Below, one piece after another: positions 26,413 to 37,805 of a DNA stretch of 64,000 bases. Source of the stretch: Aplysia californica (lineage: Eukaryota); assembly GCF_000002075.1 (NCBI RefSeq), contig NW_004797742.1:475462-539461 (forward strand). Direction: 5' to 3'. Within the stretch, counting starts at the first letter, position 1. Every line of letters starts with the position of its first letter. Position numbers and translations under genes: made by a program. Below the pieces are notes generated by a model. It saw only the letters and a list, made by a program, of their open reading frames with translations. It did not search any database and was not told where the DNA came from.

Positions 26413-27579
26413 TCTGGGGATAACAAAGTGTTTCAAAAGAATTCATGAAGTCTTGAAAATTTTGTTTGAAGGGGCAAATAAAAAGTTTGCCCCCAACCCC
26501 CTTAAAAAAAACAAGATTTAAACCAAAAAAAGCTACAAGAATGAAAAAACTAGAAGTCAAAATCAAAGTAAAAATGTTTGCCCTGATGAAGATAAAGAAA
26601 AAAGCGGGTGTCTAAAAGCGCGCTCGTCAAAAAAAAACAAACACCCAAAGTGGTCTAAAACAATTAAGAGTCGTACACCGTCTCCAGTTTTGGGACAGCA
26701 AAACCGCCAAAATAACGATGCAAGAAAGAAAGACTGGCACAAAACAAAGGACCGTAAAAATAGATCTAGAATAGGCCTCTAGCTAATCTTTTAACAACAT
26801 ATATTGTTGACTTGTAAAATTTTTACCGTGAACACAGTAACACCCAGTGAACCCTGACCGCAGCGCGGAAGCAGCACCGCGGTGTGGAACAATACAATAA
26901 ATATAATGCCATCACAGCAACATTTTCCTCTGAACTAAAAAAAAATGCACAAATTACAAAATCATCTTGCACAGTTACTTTTTAGTCTTTCATGCACCAA
27001 TTGTGACACAAAGAACATCGTAAGTAAACTCGCAATAAAACGGAGTGGTTATCCGTACAATTGTGCGAACAACTCTGTCTAGTTGTCCGTACAACATTGT
27101 ACGCACAATTGCTACACAATTGTACGAATAATTGCTACAGTTATAGTTCATGCCCACAGGCCTGCATGTTCTGTCATAGTAGATCAGTGTTTCCAATATT
27201 CCGCCAGCGGAAATATTTTTAATTTTCCGTCAGACCTCATCTGCCGATCTGATGCCCGCCACTTCATTGATGGTGTCCCCCCATGTAAAAAAACAACTAC
27301 GTCGAATCTAGATCTAGATCTAAAAATGTGTTGCGTTGAAACCGTGCTGTAAAAATATTTAAGCTTAATCCACCTCATTCTGTTGATAGTTCTGATAGCC
27401 GAAATGACAGCATGCCAGCGTTTGAAGAATATATTATGAGTGTGGGTCCGAATCACGGTTCCCCCATAATTGTTAGTTTTGACTTTTGAATTGTAAAAGT
27501 GACCGTTCGTGACCTGCCCCAGTGTGCTGGCCAAACTTTCTAGGCTCCCGCAGGGATTTTTATTGTTTCATTTTTAAAA

Positions 27580-28145
27580 AGGCGTCTCTATTTCTCTGAA
27601 CGTTCGGGAAAATAAACTTGCACTTTATTTCTCCAAATGGTTTCCGTTCTCGAGATTTGTTGATAATAAGCGAATGGAGTGGCCCGTGTTTGTGTGTGCG
27701 TGTGTCATGTTTGTGGCTGTGTGTGTGTGTGAGTGTTTGTGTGAGTGTGTGTAAGCAGTGAGGGGTGGAGGGATTTTTTTTTTACATCAAGGATTTTAGT
27801 TTTCGCTGGGTGACTAAATGCAAAATAAGTTACTGCCAAGGTCAAGCAGTCTTGTTTTCTTGCAGTACCTTTTGAAGATATTTTCAAATGAAGTATAGTC
27901 CGGGAACGTTGCCCCAACCACAACTGAAGTATCTGAATATTCAGACATTTAAAAATCTCTAGCTCTAGAAATTAAATTAGATGCAAAAAATGCTTCTTCC
28001 CAGTCCTCGCAGAATGGCAGAATGAAAGGATGGCGCTTAAATCTCACAAATAACCCAAAAATCTCGAAATCGGAAACCGTTCGGAGAAATAAGTCCAACT
28101 TTATTTTCCCGAACGTTCGAAGAAATGGTCACTTCGTTTTTTTAA
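27580..28145. mobile_element. Degenerate MITE / inverted repeat
   Basis: ~60-bp imperfect inverted arms GAACGTTCGGGAAAATAAA...CGAGATT at ~27598-27658 and ~28060-28118. Confidence 0.75.
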
Positions 28146-28556
28146 ATCTTGAGAGTATGCACGCATGTCTTCACCAAAACCCTAGACAAGTGTAGGCCTA
28201 TATTCTGAATTCGGAAAAGAATTCAATTCACTTGCCAGAGTAGTATGTTTCTAAAAATAATAGCCTTAACTGAAAACTGTTTAATGAAATTTCATAATGT
28301 TAGTAATATAGTTTGTCATTGCAAAGTTAGAATTGGCATTTGTATGACATCATTAACAACACAAAAAACATGTTATCCCTAACGGAACCCACGATTATTT
28401 TTAAGGCACTCAGTGCCTTGACCCTAGGCTTATTTTTTTTCTTATTTTTGATTGATTACCATTCAAGAGTAAAATTTTCCACTACAGAACCAATAAGTAG
28501 CAACAAAGGGTGACTCTATTTGCTCAAAAGATAAAGTTTTCCCCCAAATCGACAAT

Positions 28557-28863
28557 GGGAGTGTACACAGACCCGGCAACCGGGAACAAAGTCACAAAGT
28601 ATACAGATGAACGATCGTTTTTCCTCCGTTTTGGAGTTGGAGGAATCACAAATTTGAAGGAAAGAACAATGTTATAATTTCAATCCAGCTGTCAGCCTCT
28701 TTATTTCTCTCTCTCTCTCTCTCTGTATCGTTCGCATTCTCTTTTTCTTTGTTTGTCTCTGTCTTTCTTTCTCCCAACCTATTTCCCACTCTATCTTTCT
28801 CTCGTTCCCTCCTGCCAACTGGGGCATGTCATACATTTTGCTAGCATTTCCCCCTGCTCTCTC

Positions 28864-28902
<39 letters not shown>

Positions 28903-29008
28903 TACCGGATCTGGGTGCTGAAACTTTCCAAAATCACAAAAGAGTTCCCCTACCGGGTCTGTATACTTTGTGACTTTGTTCCCGGTAACCAAGTCTGTAA
29001 ACACTTCG
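28557..29008. mobile_element. Non-autonomous TIR element with 9-bp TSD ATCGACAAT
   Basis: ~50-bp TIRs (AGTGTAxACAGAC...CCGGGAACAAAGTCACAAAGTATACAGA); exact TSD at 28548-28556 and 29009-29017. Confidence 0.9.
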
Positions 29009-29019
29009 ATCGACAATAG

Positions 29020-29286
29020 TCGCCTCCGTTGGCGATTTTAGTCGCCTTGTCACCCTTGTGCGCTCAGCAGAGTGAGAGAGGGAGGCGAGTTTTGTCACCT
29101 GGAGCGCTCAGTGACAGCAGGGGTCCTTTGATGCCCGAAACAAAATAAAAAGGGCGGAAACAAAAAAAAAAACGGGAGAGAATCGTAGGCTGTCATTCTC
29201 ACCCCTATATAGTATCAATTTTATTCTCATCCGGGGTGAGAATAACATCCAGTTTATCCTCACCCCGGGTGAAAATAATCACTCCG
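29020..29286. repeat. Transposon end fragment with CCGGGTGAGAATA/TATTCTCACCC palindromes, ending CACTCCG (copy 1)
   Basis: Direct homolog of 33200-33412; related motifs at 30731 and 31155-31212. Confidence 0.75.
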
Positions 29287-29864
29287 TTCCCTTTTAGGCC
29301 TACCAACTGAGGCCTCGTTTAAGATATAAATTAATATTGATGCTCAACCCAGGGGAGAACCAATTGGATGACTAGATCTAGTGATCTAATCTAGGCTTAT
29401 TTTTACCAACATCTCTAAAATTCGAATAATTGTACGAATAACTGTCTGGTTATTCAAACAATTGTACTAATAACTAGTTAGAGTTGTACGCACTATTGTA
29501 CCAATAACCGCAGCCCAATAAAAAATATAATTTAAAAAATCAAACTCACCTCTGAAATCTTGAAAGCGAAGTCAAAATTTGTACGAACAGAAACTCTTCA
29601 CATTCTCAGTTAAACCTTCGTACTGTTGAACTGGTTGTGAAAGGAAAGAGAGCAGACGATCGCAAGGGACATTACTGCAGTTTCAAAATTATCAAAACAA
29701 AAGCAGACGGTTAGAAATCGGCGCTCCAGTACAATTGCAATCATGTTTGACACTCATTTTGACCCCACCAACAATTACTCTTGGTTCCAAACGATTACTA
29801 TTTGATTTTTGATGCGCATGCCAATAGGCCTATGGAGAGATAGCCAATCAAACCTAAGTGCAAA

Positions 29865-30383
29865 CAGAGTGTCTACGTACACGGTAACGGACACCTAGTC
29901 GTACCTAGTCTCAGTATCTACGTACACGGTAACCGGAACGAAAATAAATCAATATTTGTCCTGTGTTGTCACTTGCTGAAAAAAAAAGAAAGTCATAAGC
30001 GTCTTGTCAGGCTCGCCATCGTGACCAGTTAGTGAACCTGCGCATGTGCATCACATTGTGAGTACCGGTTGGAGTCACTAAAGTTCATTCAACAAAGTCT
30101 GTGCGCTGCGAAGTAGAGGAGCGCTCCGGAATGGGGGGATTATTGATTTCTTTTTAAAGGTACAGTTGGGGGAGGGGTGGGGATGAAGGCAACACCAGAT
30201 GACAAAAATTGAACTTGGAGACTACATGCCCGGTTGCCGGTTACCGTGTACGTAGTGCTAGATATTGAGGCTACATGCCCGGTTACCGTGTACGTGACAC
30301 TGAGACTACGTGCCCGGTTGCCGGTTACCGTGTACTTAGACACTAAGGCTAGGTGCCCGGTTACCGTGTACGTAGACACTCCG
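29865..30383. mobile_element. MITE derived from the 20123-22276 Merlin family
   Basis: Both ends carry GAGTGTCTACGTACACGGTAAC and repeated internal units; no coding sequence; no TSD recognisable. Confidence 0.88.
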
Positions 30384-30601
30384 ATAACTTAATAAGTAAA
30401 ACAAACAAAGGGCCTAGAAGCCACACTATCAATGCCAAAAATAGCAAAAAAGCCGATATTGCGCACTGAAACGGACTGCACAAATTTGGTCTGCTTCAGT
30501 GCGCAACCCTATCTGGCATGTTCCTGGGCATTAAGAAGCAGCCTGCGATAGTATTTATCGATTCTAGTATACATTCTACGATACATTAGAGCTAGATTAG
30601 C

Positions 30602-31273
30602 GGTGCTTTTTCGGTAGTTCCCACCCCCCTTATTTGAGCCTTACCTACATCTAGATATCTAGATCTAGATCTATATGTTTGATTCGCGGTGAGCTAAGAT
30701 ATCAAACCTAACAACTGCAAAACATTAAATTATTCTCACCCGCCCGGAAGTTCTCGCAAGATCTACTCCTCCCCTCTTCTCTCTCTCTCTGTCTCTTTCT
30801 GAATACTGTCTATCGGTGAGGACGATCAAATTGACCAAAACAAAGTTAAAAAATGATGTTAAAACACAAAAGTAAATTAATTTGGTTGTCTACAAAGATG
30901 CTACGGCTATTTAACTTTACGAATCGAGCCGAACTACGCGGGTCGCCATTTTGTTTTGTTCTCTCTCTTTCTCTCTCTCCACTGCCCACAGACAAAATTG
31001 TACGCTTTTAGTAGGCTACAAGTACAGTTGTAATGGAACGTTTGTTCACAACACAGAATTCTACAATTTTTCTGTTATCACAGTGTAGAATTTTGTGGTT
31101 TAGGGTGAACGCAAAATTTGTTGGCCTAGATCTAGGCTATAACGGTGAACGCGCACCGGGTGAGAATAGCCAAAAGACTCGCCGGCACTATTCTCATCCC
31201 GGGTGAGAATAGAGGTGGCCGTGGCCCAAACCCGTGAATAAAATTGCGGGGTGGGAACTACCGAAAAAGCGCC
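30602..31273. mobile_element. Non-autonomous TIR element with GG termini and 8-bp TSD AGATTAGC (Merlin-like)
   Basis: 26-bp TIR GG(T/C)GCTTTTTCGGTAGTTCCCACCCC; exact TSD at 30594-30601 and 31274-31281. Confidence 0.9.
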
Positions 31274-32061
31274 AGATTAGCTAGATCTAGATGTGCTAAA
31301 TAATCGACTACTCAAGCGCTTAGTCAATTGACCGATACCGGTTACGAAAACCATTAAGGAAGAGGCTAGCCGTACTTAATGGCGGCTAGACTGGCAGTCT
31401 AGCCGTACTTAAGTACGGCTAGACTGTGAGTCTAGCTGTACTTAAGTACGGCTAGACTCACAGTCTAGCCGTACTTATTCTTAATATGATGGCTAGACTG
31501 ACCATTTACAAAAAAAAGGCCTACTGAATTGTAAATATACATTTTTAGTGTGCAGTACCTAAAGTATTTGTATTTGAGACAAAACCAGGTTCCTTAATGA
31601 CAGTGCATGTATTTTAAACCTCCTGTTTTCTAATGTAAATAGGGCCTAAGATAAGATAAGTACGGCTAGACTGGCAGTCTAGCCGTACTTAAGTACGGCT
31701 AGACTTCTTGTCTAGCCGTACTTAAGTACGGGTAGACAGCCAGGCTAGCCGTACTTAAGGACGGCTAGACTGTCAGTCTAGCCGTACTTAATATTGATGG
31801 CTGAATTGTAAATGAAAATTTTAGTTTGCAATGAATGCCTAAAGTATTTGTATTTCAGACAAAACCAAAAGGTGCCTTACTGACTTGCGTGTATTTAAAC
31901 CTGAATAATTATTAGATCTAGATCTAATGAGACCACATGCCGTTAAACTTAGAAGAAATGACGCATCTTTCTGATTGGCTGCTTATTTTAGTAATGTGAT
32001 GTCATCACTTCCTGGGATACCCAAACATGGAACGATGTGTTTTCGGTAACATTTCGGATTT

Positions 32062-32296
32062 TCTAGATCTAGATCTAGATCTAGATCTAGAATCTAGATC
32101 TAGATCTAGAATCTAGCTAGATCTATTTAGACTATTAGGCCTACCTGGACATGATGGAAGACCGCACGAAAATTGCCGTAAAGACGCAGGAGGACTAGAT
32201 CTAGATAATATCTAGATCTAGATATAGATCTAGATCTAGATCTAGATATCTAAATTTAGATCTAGATCTAGATCTAGATATCTAAATTTAGATCTA
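32062..32296. repeat. (TAGATC)n arrays; also at 3405-3495, 3592-3620, 22328-22620, 22850-22877, 27307-27321 and 30650-30672
   Basis: Direct reading. Confidence 0.92.
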
Positions 32297-32439
32297 CCAA
32301 CTCCCCCCCCTCCTGCATTTTTAATCACTAATACATTTTTAAAAATAAACAACAACTTCAAAGTCAAAGCAACTCTACAAATTTGAAATTAGGCCTATAA
32401 TTTATGGAACTGTTGGTCAGTCGGGAGGAGGAAAAGAGA

Positions 32440-32530
32440 AAAAAAAACTGTCCGGGACCGGAATCGAACCGCTCCAAAAGTCATTGCTCGACATCAAACG
32501 CAGACGCGCTATCAAATCAGCTATCAGAAA
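32440..32530 (-). repeat. tRNA-like SINE head/pseudogene
   Basis: Minus strand TAGCTGATTTGATAG ... GGTTCGATTCCGG followed by a T-run; no canonical cloverleaf. Confidence 0.5.
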
Positions 32531-33109
32531 TTCCGAGAAATTTGTGTAGATTAAGCATAATATACATAGACACTTCCATCTTTGGTGCCATGCGGTTGTC
32601 TATACTTAGATGTAGTCACGTGATCGGAGGGGTATCCTGGTCTGACGTCAAACAAGATGGGCGCCTTACCTAAACATAGTAATGATAGTTTGTATGAGAC
32701 CTGTGTACTTTAACAGGCTTGAGTCGATTGGGCCAAACCTAGATCTAAGTACGGCTAGACTGGCAGTCTAGCCGTACTTAAGTACGGCTAGACTCTCAAG
32801 TACGGCTAGCCACTTCGAACCATTAATATGAAGGGGCAAAACTTTCCGACACCGTAGAATCACGTGTGTTGACAGGAACCTCCAAAACGAAAGTGAAATA
32901 AGCTGCATTCTGCGCATGCTCACAGAAAATGACCTCGTTTTCGCTGTTCTTATCCAAAACAAAGCAGGAGACCGGGGGTTGCGCACCCAAACAGTAGCGC
33001 GGTGATGCGGGCCTACTGAACTCTAGATATCTTGGTCTTGGACTTGACTAAAATCTACCGAAAAAGTGCCAAATTCTGTGCCATGAACAAACGTTCCAGC
33101 GCTCTTGTG

Positions 33110-33412
33110 TTAAAAGCTTTCAATTTTGTCTGTGGGCAGTGAGACAGAGAGAGAGTGGAGTAGCGCGAGAACTAGATTACCGGGCAAAGCAAAACTGAAA
33201 ATGGCGATTTTAGATTTTAGTCGCCTCCCGCGCTCATCAGCGGAGTGTAAGAGGGAGGCGAGTTTTATCGCCTGGAGCGCTCAGGCTCAGTGACAGGGGT
33301 CCTATGATGCCCGAAACAAAAAAAATGGGTGAGAATAGTAGGCTGCCGTTATTCTCACGCCCGGGTGAGAAAAGTTTATTTATCCTCACCCCGGGTGAGA
33401 ATATTCACTCCG
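33110..33412. repeat. Transposon end fragment (copy 2), ending CACTCCG
   Basis: 33200-33412 matches 29020-29286; 33110-33207 is an inverted match to 30945-31010. Confidence 0.75.
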
Positions 33413-33543
33413 TTTGACACGGTTCGAATATCCAGTCGGGCAGTTGCCATGAGTTGGGGATGCATGGCATAGTTTCGTCTATCTAAGAGAGATCTAAATC
33501 TAGATCTAAAGGCGAGAAAGTAAACAACTGCCTTTACACCTAC

Positions 33544-33731
33544 CTTTTATTTTATTGTTTTCAAACGATCATCCACACAAGCTAAAAGTAAAAGACAACG
33601 GCCGGCACGTCATGCAAACGAGGACGGCACAGAAGCAGATCAAGGGAAGTTGAGAAATTTCAACGAAGTGCAGTAATGTCTGGACCGGAAGTAGATATTT
33701 AGTGCCAGATTGTTTATTTCGCGCGTTCAAA
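33544..33731 (-). promoter_or_regulatory. Candidate RCC1 promoter and non-coding first exon
   Basis: ETS-type CCGGAAGT (33685-33692), E2F-like TTTCGCGC (33717-33724) and CHR-like TTCAAA (33726-33731). A minus-strand donor AAG|gtaggt lies at 33544. RCC1 needs an upstream exon because its ATG follows an acceptor. Confidence 0.45.
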
Positions 33732-34920
33732 TTCTGCAAGACTGTCAATAAAGGCCAAGTGACATTGGCCTAATATAAATATTATAATACAGCACAGCCT
33801 TTTTCAAATAAACAATTAACTGCTTTGAGCTACACTTTCAAAATTCCTAGTTAGTTCAAATCAATCTTAAAGCTCTTGTTATCCCTCATCAAACACGTAA
33901 GAATTCGCATCTTTATAAGTCTCTGGCAAGCGGAAAAGATGTTTTCATGTACCGAAGGCTAGGGGAGGTCATTCTCATTTTGCACTGCCCTCGGAATATT
34001 TCGTNNNNNNNNNNNNNNNNNNNNNNNNNNNNNNNNNNNNNNNNNNNNNNNNNNNNNNNNNNNNNNNNNNNNNNNNNNNNNNNNNNNNNNNNNNNNNNNN
34101 NNNNNNNNNNNNNNNNNNNNNNNNNNNNNNNNNNNNNAAAGAGGCTTCTACATGCCATGGAAATTTTTATTGTACTTTTAAAAATTAAAGTGTTTGGATT
34201 ATAAGGTCTACAACGTGCATGCGCGTATCATAATTATTAAATTACATGTATTATGCTTGAGAGTGAGAGTGTCTGTATGTGTGTGGGGGGGGGGGTGTAC
34301 ACATACCTGCAGGCATTATTCATTCCCCTGTTCATGTTTGCAAATCAGATTCTTTTAGGCTATATGCAGTAGCTCAATTAGCGGTATATTTGGCTCCGCC
34401 CATACCGGTACATGAAGCGCTTCATGTACCGGTATGGGCGGAGCCAAATATAATAATCCCCCCATCCCTCCCCCTTTCGACTAAGCTTATTATTTGAGCC
34501 ACCCTAGCCCACAAAACCAAAATTATAGGTTGCAACCTAGACGGTCAGAGAATGCATAGGTTGCAACTGAAGACCTACTGTTAATTTTTTCATCAGATGT
34601 CGCCGTCAGTTCGTTTCTGATATTCTTTGTTAGCAATTATGGAACTACTGGCTTTTTCAGTTGAACGTAAGAGCAAAACGACACATACATTGATGCACTC
34701 GAATGCATCGTTCATGTTTGGGAGGAATTATATGACTTGGAACTTTTTTAAAGTTTTTTAAATTGATTCTAGGATACGTAATGTTGATCCATTTGAGCAC
34801 CGTCCGGACAATAATATGCACACACGTGAGCTATCTGTATTGTGTTTACATTGCTACTAGCCATCTGGAGAGGCAAGCTGGTCGATCTTCTAGCAAGTGC
34901 ATGAATCCTCGTCTTTTTTT

Positions 34921-35646
34921 GGGGGGGGGGGGGGAGGGGGGCGATCAACGGAGATCGAACAGAGCAGATGCTTAAAAAGTTAAGGTCATATTATGCTACA
35001 ACTCCAGTCTGTGGGGGAGACACAGGAACCAACAAACACACAACAAACTCCACAATAGTATGTGGCGTGGCCCTATGATGCCCACTAAGTCCCTATATAT
35101 GCCCAAGTTGGGTTCACTAACACCTCTGGGTATCCCCAGAAGAGACAACCTTATTTGACTAAACTGCGTAAGGAAAAATGACACACCGAAATCTCTGGCA
35201 CATAGACGACCCCCTGCAAGGAGAAGACCTCTTTTGTGTCAGATGCAATGCCGACCTATTACGAACAACATCCTAACAGAAAGACCCGACTTTGGAGAGA
35301 CACGAAGAAAATATTTTTAATGCACCCATTTGAAGAACTTTCTCTCAATCGTTGGTTCCTACAGTACAGAATACTCAATTCATAAAGCCTTTGGTCATTA
35401 TAACGTAGACCGATTAAAATGCAAATAATGTTATTTTAAAATGTGAAAGTAAATGACTGTCTTTATTGCTATCTATTATTATGTTCTGGGTCTTTACGGA
35501 GTTTTGTTTTATTTTACTCGAGCCATTAATTTAGCCTTTACAAAGTAAAAACCAAACTGTGCAATGAACTAACGTAAATAAACAATCAACTCGAGCCAGC
35601 GTGCTAATAAGACCTCTGTGAACGCCGTAGAACTGTTAGGCCCTAC
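34921..35646 (+). repeat. 0.72-kb segment duplicated at 44767-45491; contains an I/Nimb-like LINE ORF2 C-terminal relic
   Basis: Near-identical sequence; degenerate GED..CVRCNAD...ILTE.PDF..TRRKYF...LKEL translation at ~35140-35345. Confidence 0.9.
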
Positions 35647-35984
35647 CTAAACAAAACCGCACGCACCGGTGCGCGCGGTNNNNNNNNNNNNNNNNNNNNN
35701 NNNNNNNNNNNNNNNNNNNNNNNNNNNNNNNNNNNNNNNNNNNNNNNNNNNNNNNNNNNNNNNNNNNNNNNNNNNNNNNNNNNNNNNNNNNNNNNNNNNN
35801 NNNNNNNNNNNNNNNNNNNNNNNNTCCATTCATTTTACCTAATCATTATGGCCAACCCCACCAGCTGGCACATGTAATTGCGAAATGTTTCAAAACCAAT
35901 CCCCTGTTTTCTATAGCAATGTTTTTCATTTAGGTCGTGTTTGAATTCAATGCTCCACATTTTCACACCAAAATAATTGTAACT

Positions 35985-36378
35985 GTTTTACGAAGCTCGC
36001 AACTGCATGAGGTCATTATGAGCGCGATGGGCACATTATGCATGTTCAGTTTGGTAGGAATTAATTCTGACTTTTGGCTGGGTGGCGACCGGAGCTTACT
36101 CTTATCGATTTTAAAATCATCAAGGGATCCTCAACGTGCGGAACTTGCACACGGGACCTTATAGATTTTTTGGGTTCTTATTCGATAAGGCTAGGTACGG
36201 GTTCGATCTTACCTTCCTAAGATCAGGGGTGTGGCTGAAGACAGCAGTAAGAAGGAGCCGAGGAATAGCAGTAGAAGACAGCAGAAAGAGTCAGAAGCCC
36301 AGAGGAGGAGGCAAGGGGTGGGGGGTGGGGCAGAAAATGGAGACGAGAGCAGACAACAGAACATGGTCAGAGAGCAGG
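35985..36378 (-). mobile_element. Headless inverted copy of SINE family C
   Basis: Reverse complement aligns along its length with 36500-36880. Confidence 0.85.
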
Positions 36379-36383
36379 TGAGG

Positions 36384-36900
36384 GAGCTCTCGTGGACTTG
36401 AGGTTAAGGTGTTCGCCTATCATGCAAAGGTCCCGGGTTCGAATCCGGGTAGCGATGGAACATTTTTCTTCTCTAAAATTGTCTCCTTGTAACTCCTTTC
36501 CTGCTCTCTAGCAATGTTCCGTCGTCTGCTTTCGTCTCCACTTTCGCCCTCACCCCCTCCCCTCCTTTGTAAATTGTCCCCCTCCTCTAGGCTTCTGTCT
36601 CTTTCTACAGCCTTTCTACTGCTACTCCTTGGCTCCTTCTTACTGTCGTATTTCAGCAACATCCCTGATCTTCTGGTAGGAAAGATCTACCTAGCCTTCT
36701 CGAACAAGAGCGAAAAATCTTGGCGGTCCCGTGTGCAAGATCCCTTTAATTTCTTGTGGTCTAAAATCTATAAGAGTAGGCTTCGGTCGCCACCCGGGCA
36801 ATATTCAAAGTTTCCTACCAACTGAAAATATTTAGTGTCCCGCGCGCTCATGACATTATGCAGTTGCGAGCGCCGCAAAAGACTTGGGACTAGCAACTAC
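36384..36900 (+). mobile_element. tRNA-derived SINE (family C) with the shared 3' tail
   Basis: Head with A-box-like TGGACTTGAGG and B-box GGTTCGAATCC, pyrimidine-rich body, tail GCAGTTGCGAGCGCCGCAAAA. A related head lies on the minus strand at ~36990-37060. Confidence 0.82.
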
Positions 36901-37521
36901 ATTTGTACTTAAAAAAAAACAAAAAAAAAACGACAGCAGGTGAAAGGGGAACATATATTTTGGGACATGAAAATGTTACGTCGCTATGATGTTTTGAACC
37001 CGGGACCGCTACTATTGAATGAGAGGCGGACACTTTAACCTCTAGATCAAGAGAGCACTCTATGCCTCACGTGTACCGTATGCTTTTTTCTCTCTTTTGC
37101 TACAGCGGGCCTTCTATGACAGCCAGTGGTTGTCACACAGAACATCTCCCCGTGGAATGGTGGAATTTCGAACCCAGCCACACCCATTCCATAGATTACA
37201 AAACATAGTTAGATCTATAAGTATTTTTCTCACATTGCATCACCAGTGATCCACGCGGCCATGGCCATACGAAGAGACAGGAGAACCCGGATGTGAGCAG
37301 AAGGTCAAGTAAGTTCCAAAAGGAGAACTAATATTATATATATATAGGCCCTACGTTACGGATTTCACATAGGATAGCCCGGATAGCCCATCACAGTTTG
37401 ACGAAAAGTGTATTATTAGAAAATACATCGACCTACCGGCATTTGTAATGTAGACCCTTCTCCTACGCTGAGTTTCGACTCCCATGCGATAAAATATTTT
37501 ATCGAGTCTTTCTGCTGGGAT

Positions 37522-37805
37522 CATAGGTGTACACTATAGGTTTAAAAAGGGATAACTCTATGGCTGGGACTTCGTTTTTCTGTAAGCCCGGACTGGACTT
37601 GACATGCAGATTCGAAGATCGCCTCCCAAACGGTCCAAATTGTGTCGATAAAACATACCCCCCCCCCCGAAAAAAGAAGGGGGAAAAATCCACACTTTCG
37701 GCTCATCCGTGTAACCAAAATGTAACTTTACCGAAAGTATGTCTGTGGCGTTCATATTCATAGAGTTAGATCTACCCTCTTTTGTGCCTATAGTGTACAT
37801 CTATG
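37522..37805. mobile_element. MITE with CATAG(G/A)TGTACACTATAGG termini
   Basis: ~40-bp imperfect inverted terminal repeats. Confidence 0.75.

Larger units (their letters stand above)
31358..32817. mobile_element. Non-autonomous TIR element with 9-bp TSD AACCATTAA and palindromic subterminal arrays
   Basis: Termini GGAAGAGGCTAGCCGTACTT / AAGTACGGCTAGCCACTTCG; exact TSD at 31349-31357 and 32818-32826. Confidence 0.9.

Noticed and set aside
23060-26890. TIRs for the pogo element (CCACAGTGCAGC... / ...CCGCGGTGTGG)
   Set aside because: Similarity is too weak and there is no TA target duplication.
30940-30960. YY1-like CGCCATTTTG as the RCC1 promoter
   Set aside because: It lies within a TSD-bounded transposon and is repeated in inverted form at ~33200.
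31365-31800. CRISPR array
   Set aside because: The variable segments are only 5 nt, there are no cas genes, the context is eukaryotic, and the array lies inside a TSD-bounded TIR element.
19589-33543. U17/SNORA73 snoRNA, which is hosted upstream of vertebrate RCC1
   Set aside because: I could not find the conserved AUAUUCCUA and AAACCAU elements by eye on the minus strand; an Infernal search would be needed to exclude it.
36384-36458. Functional tRNA gene
   Set aside because: The acceptor stem does not pair, and the sequence continues into a repeat body and tail, so it is a SINE head.
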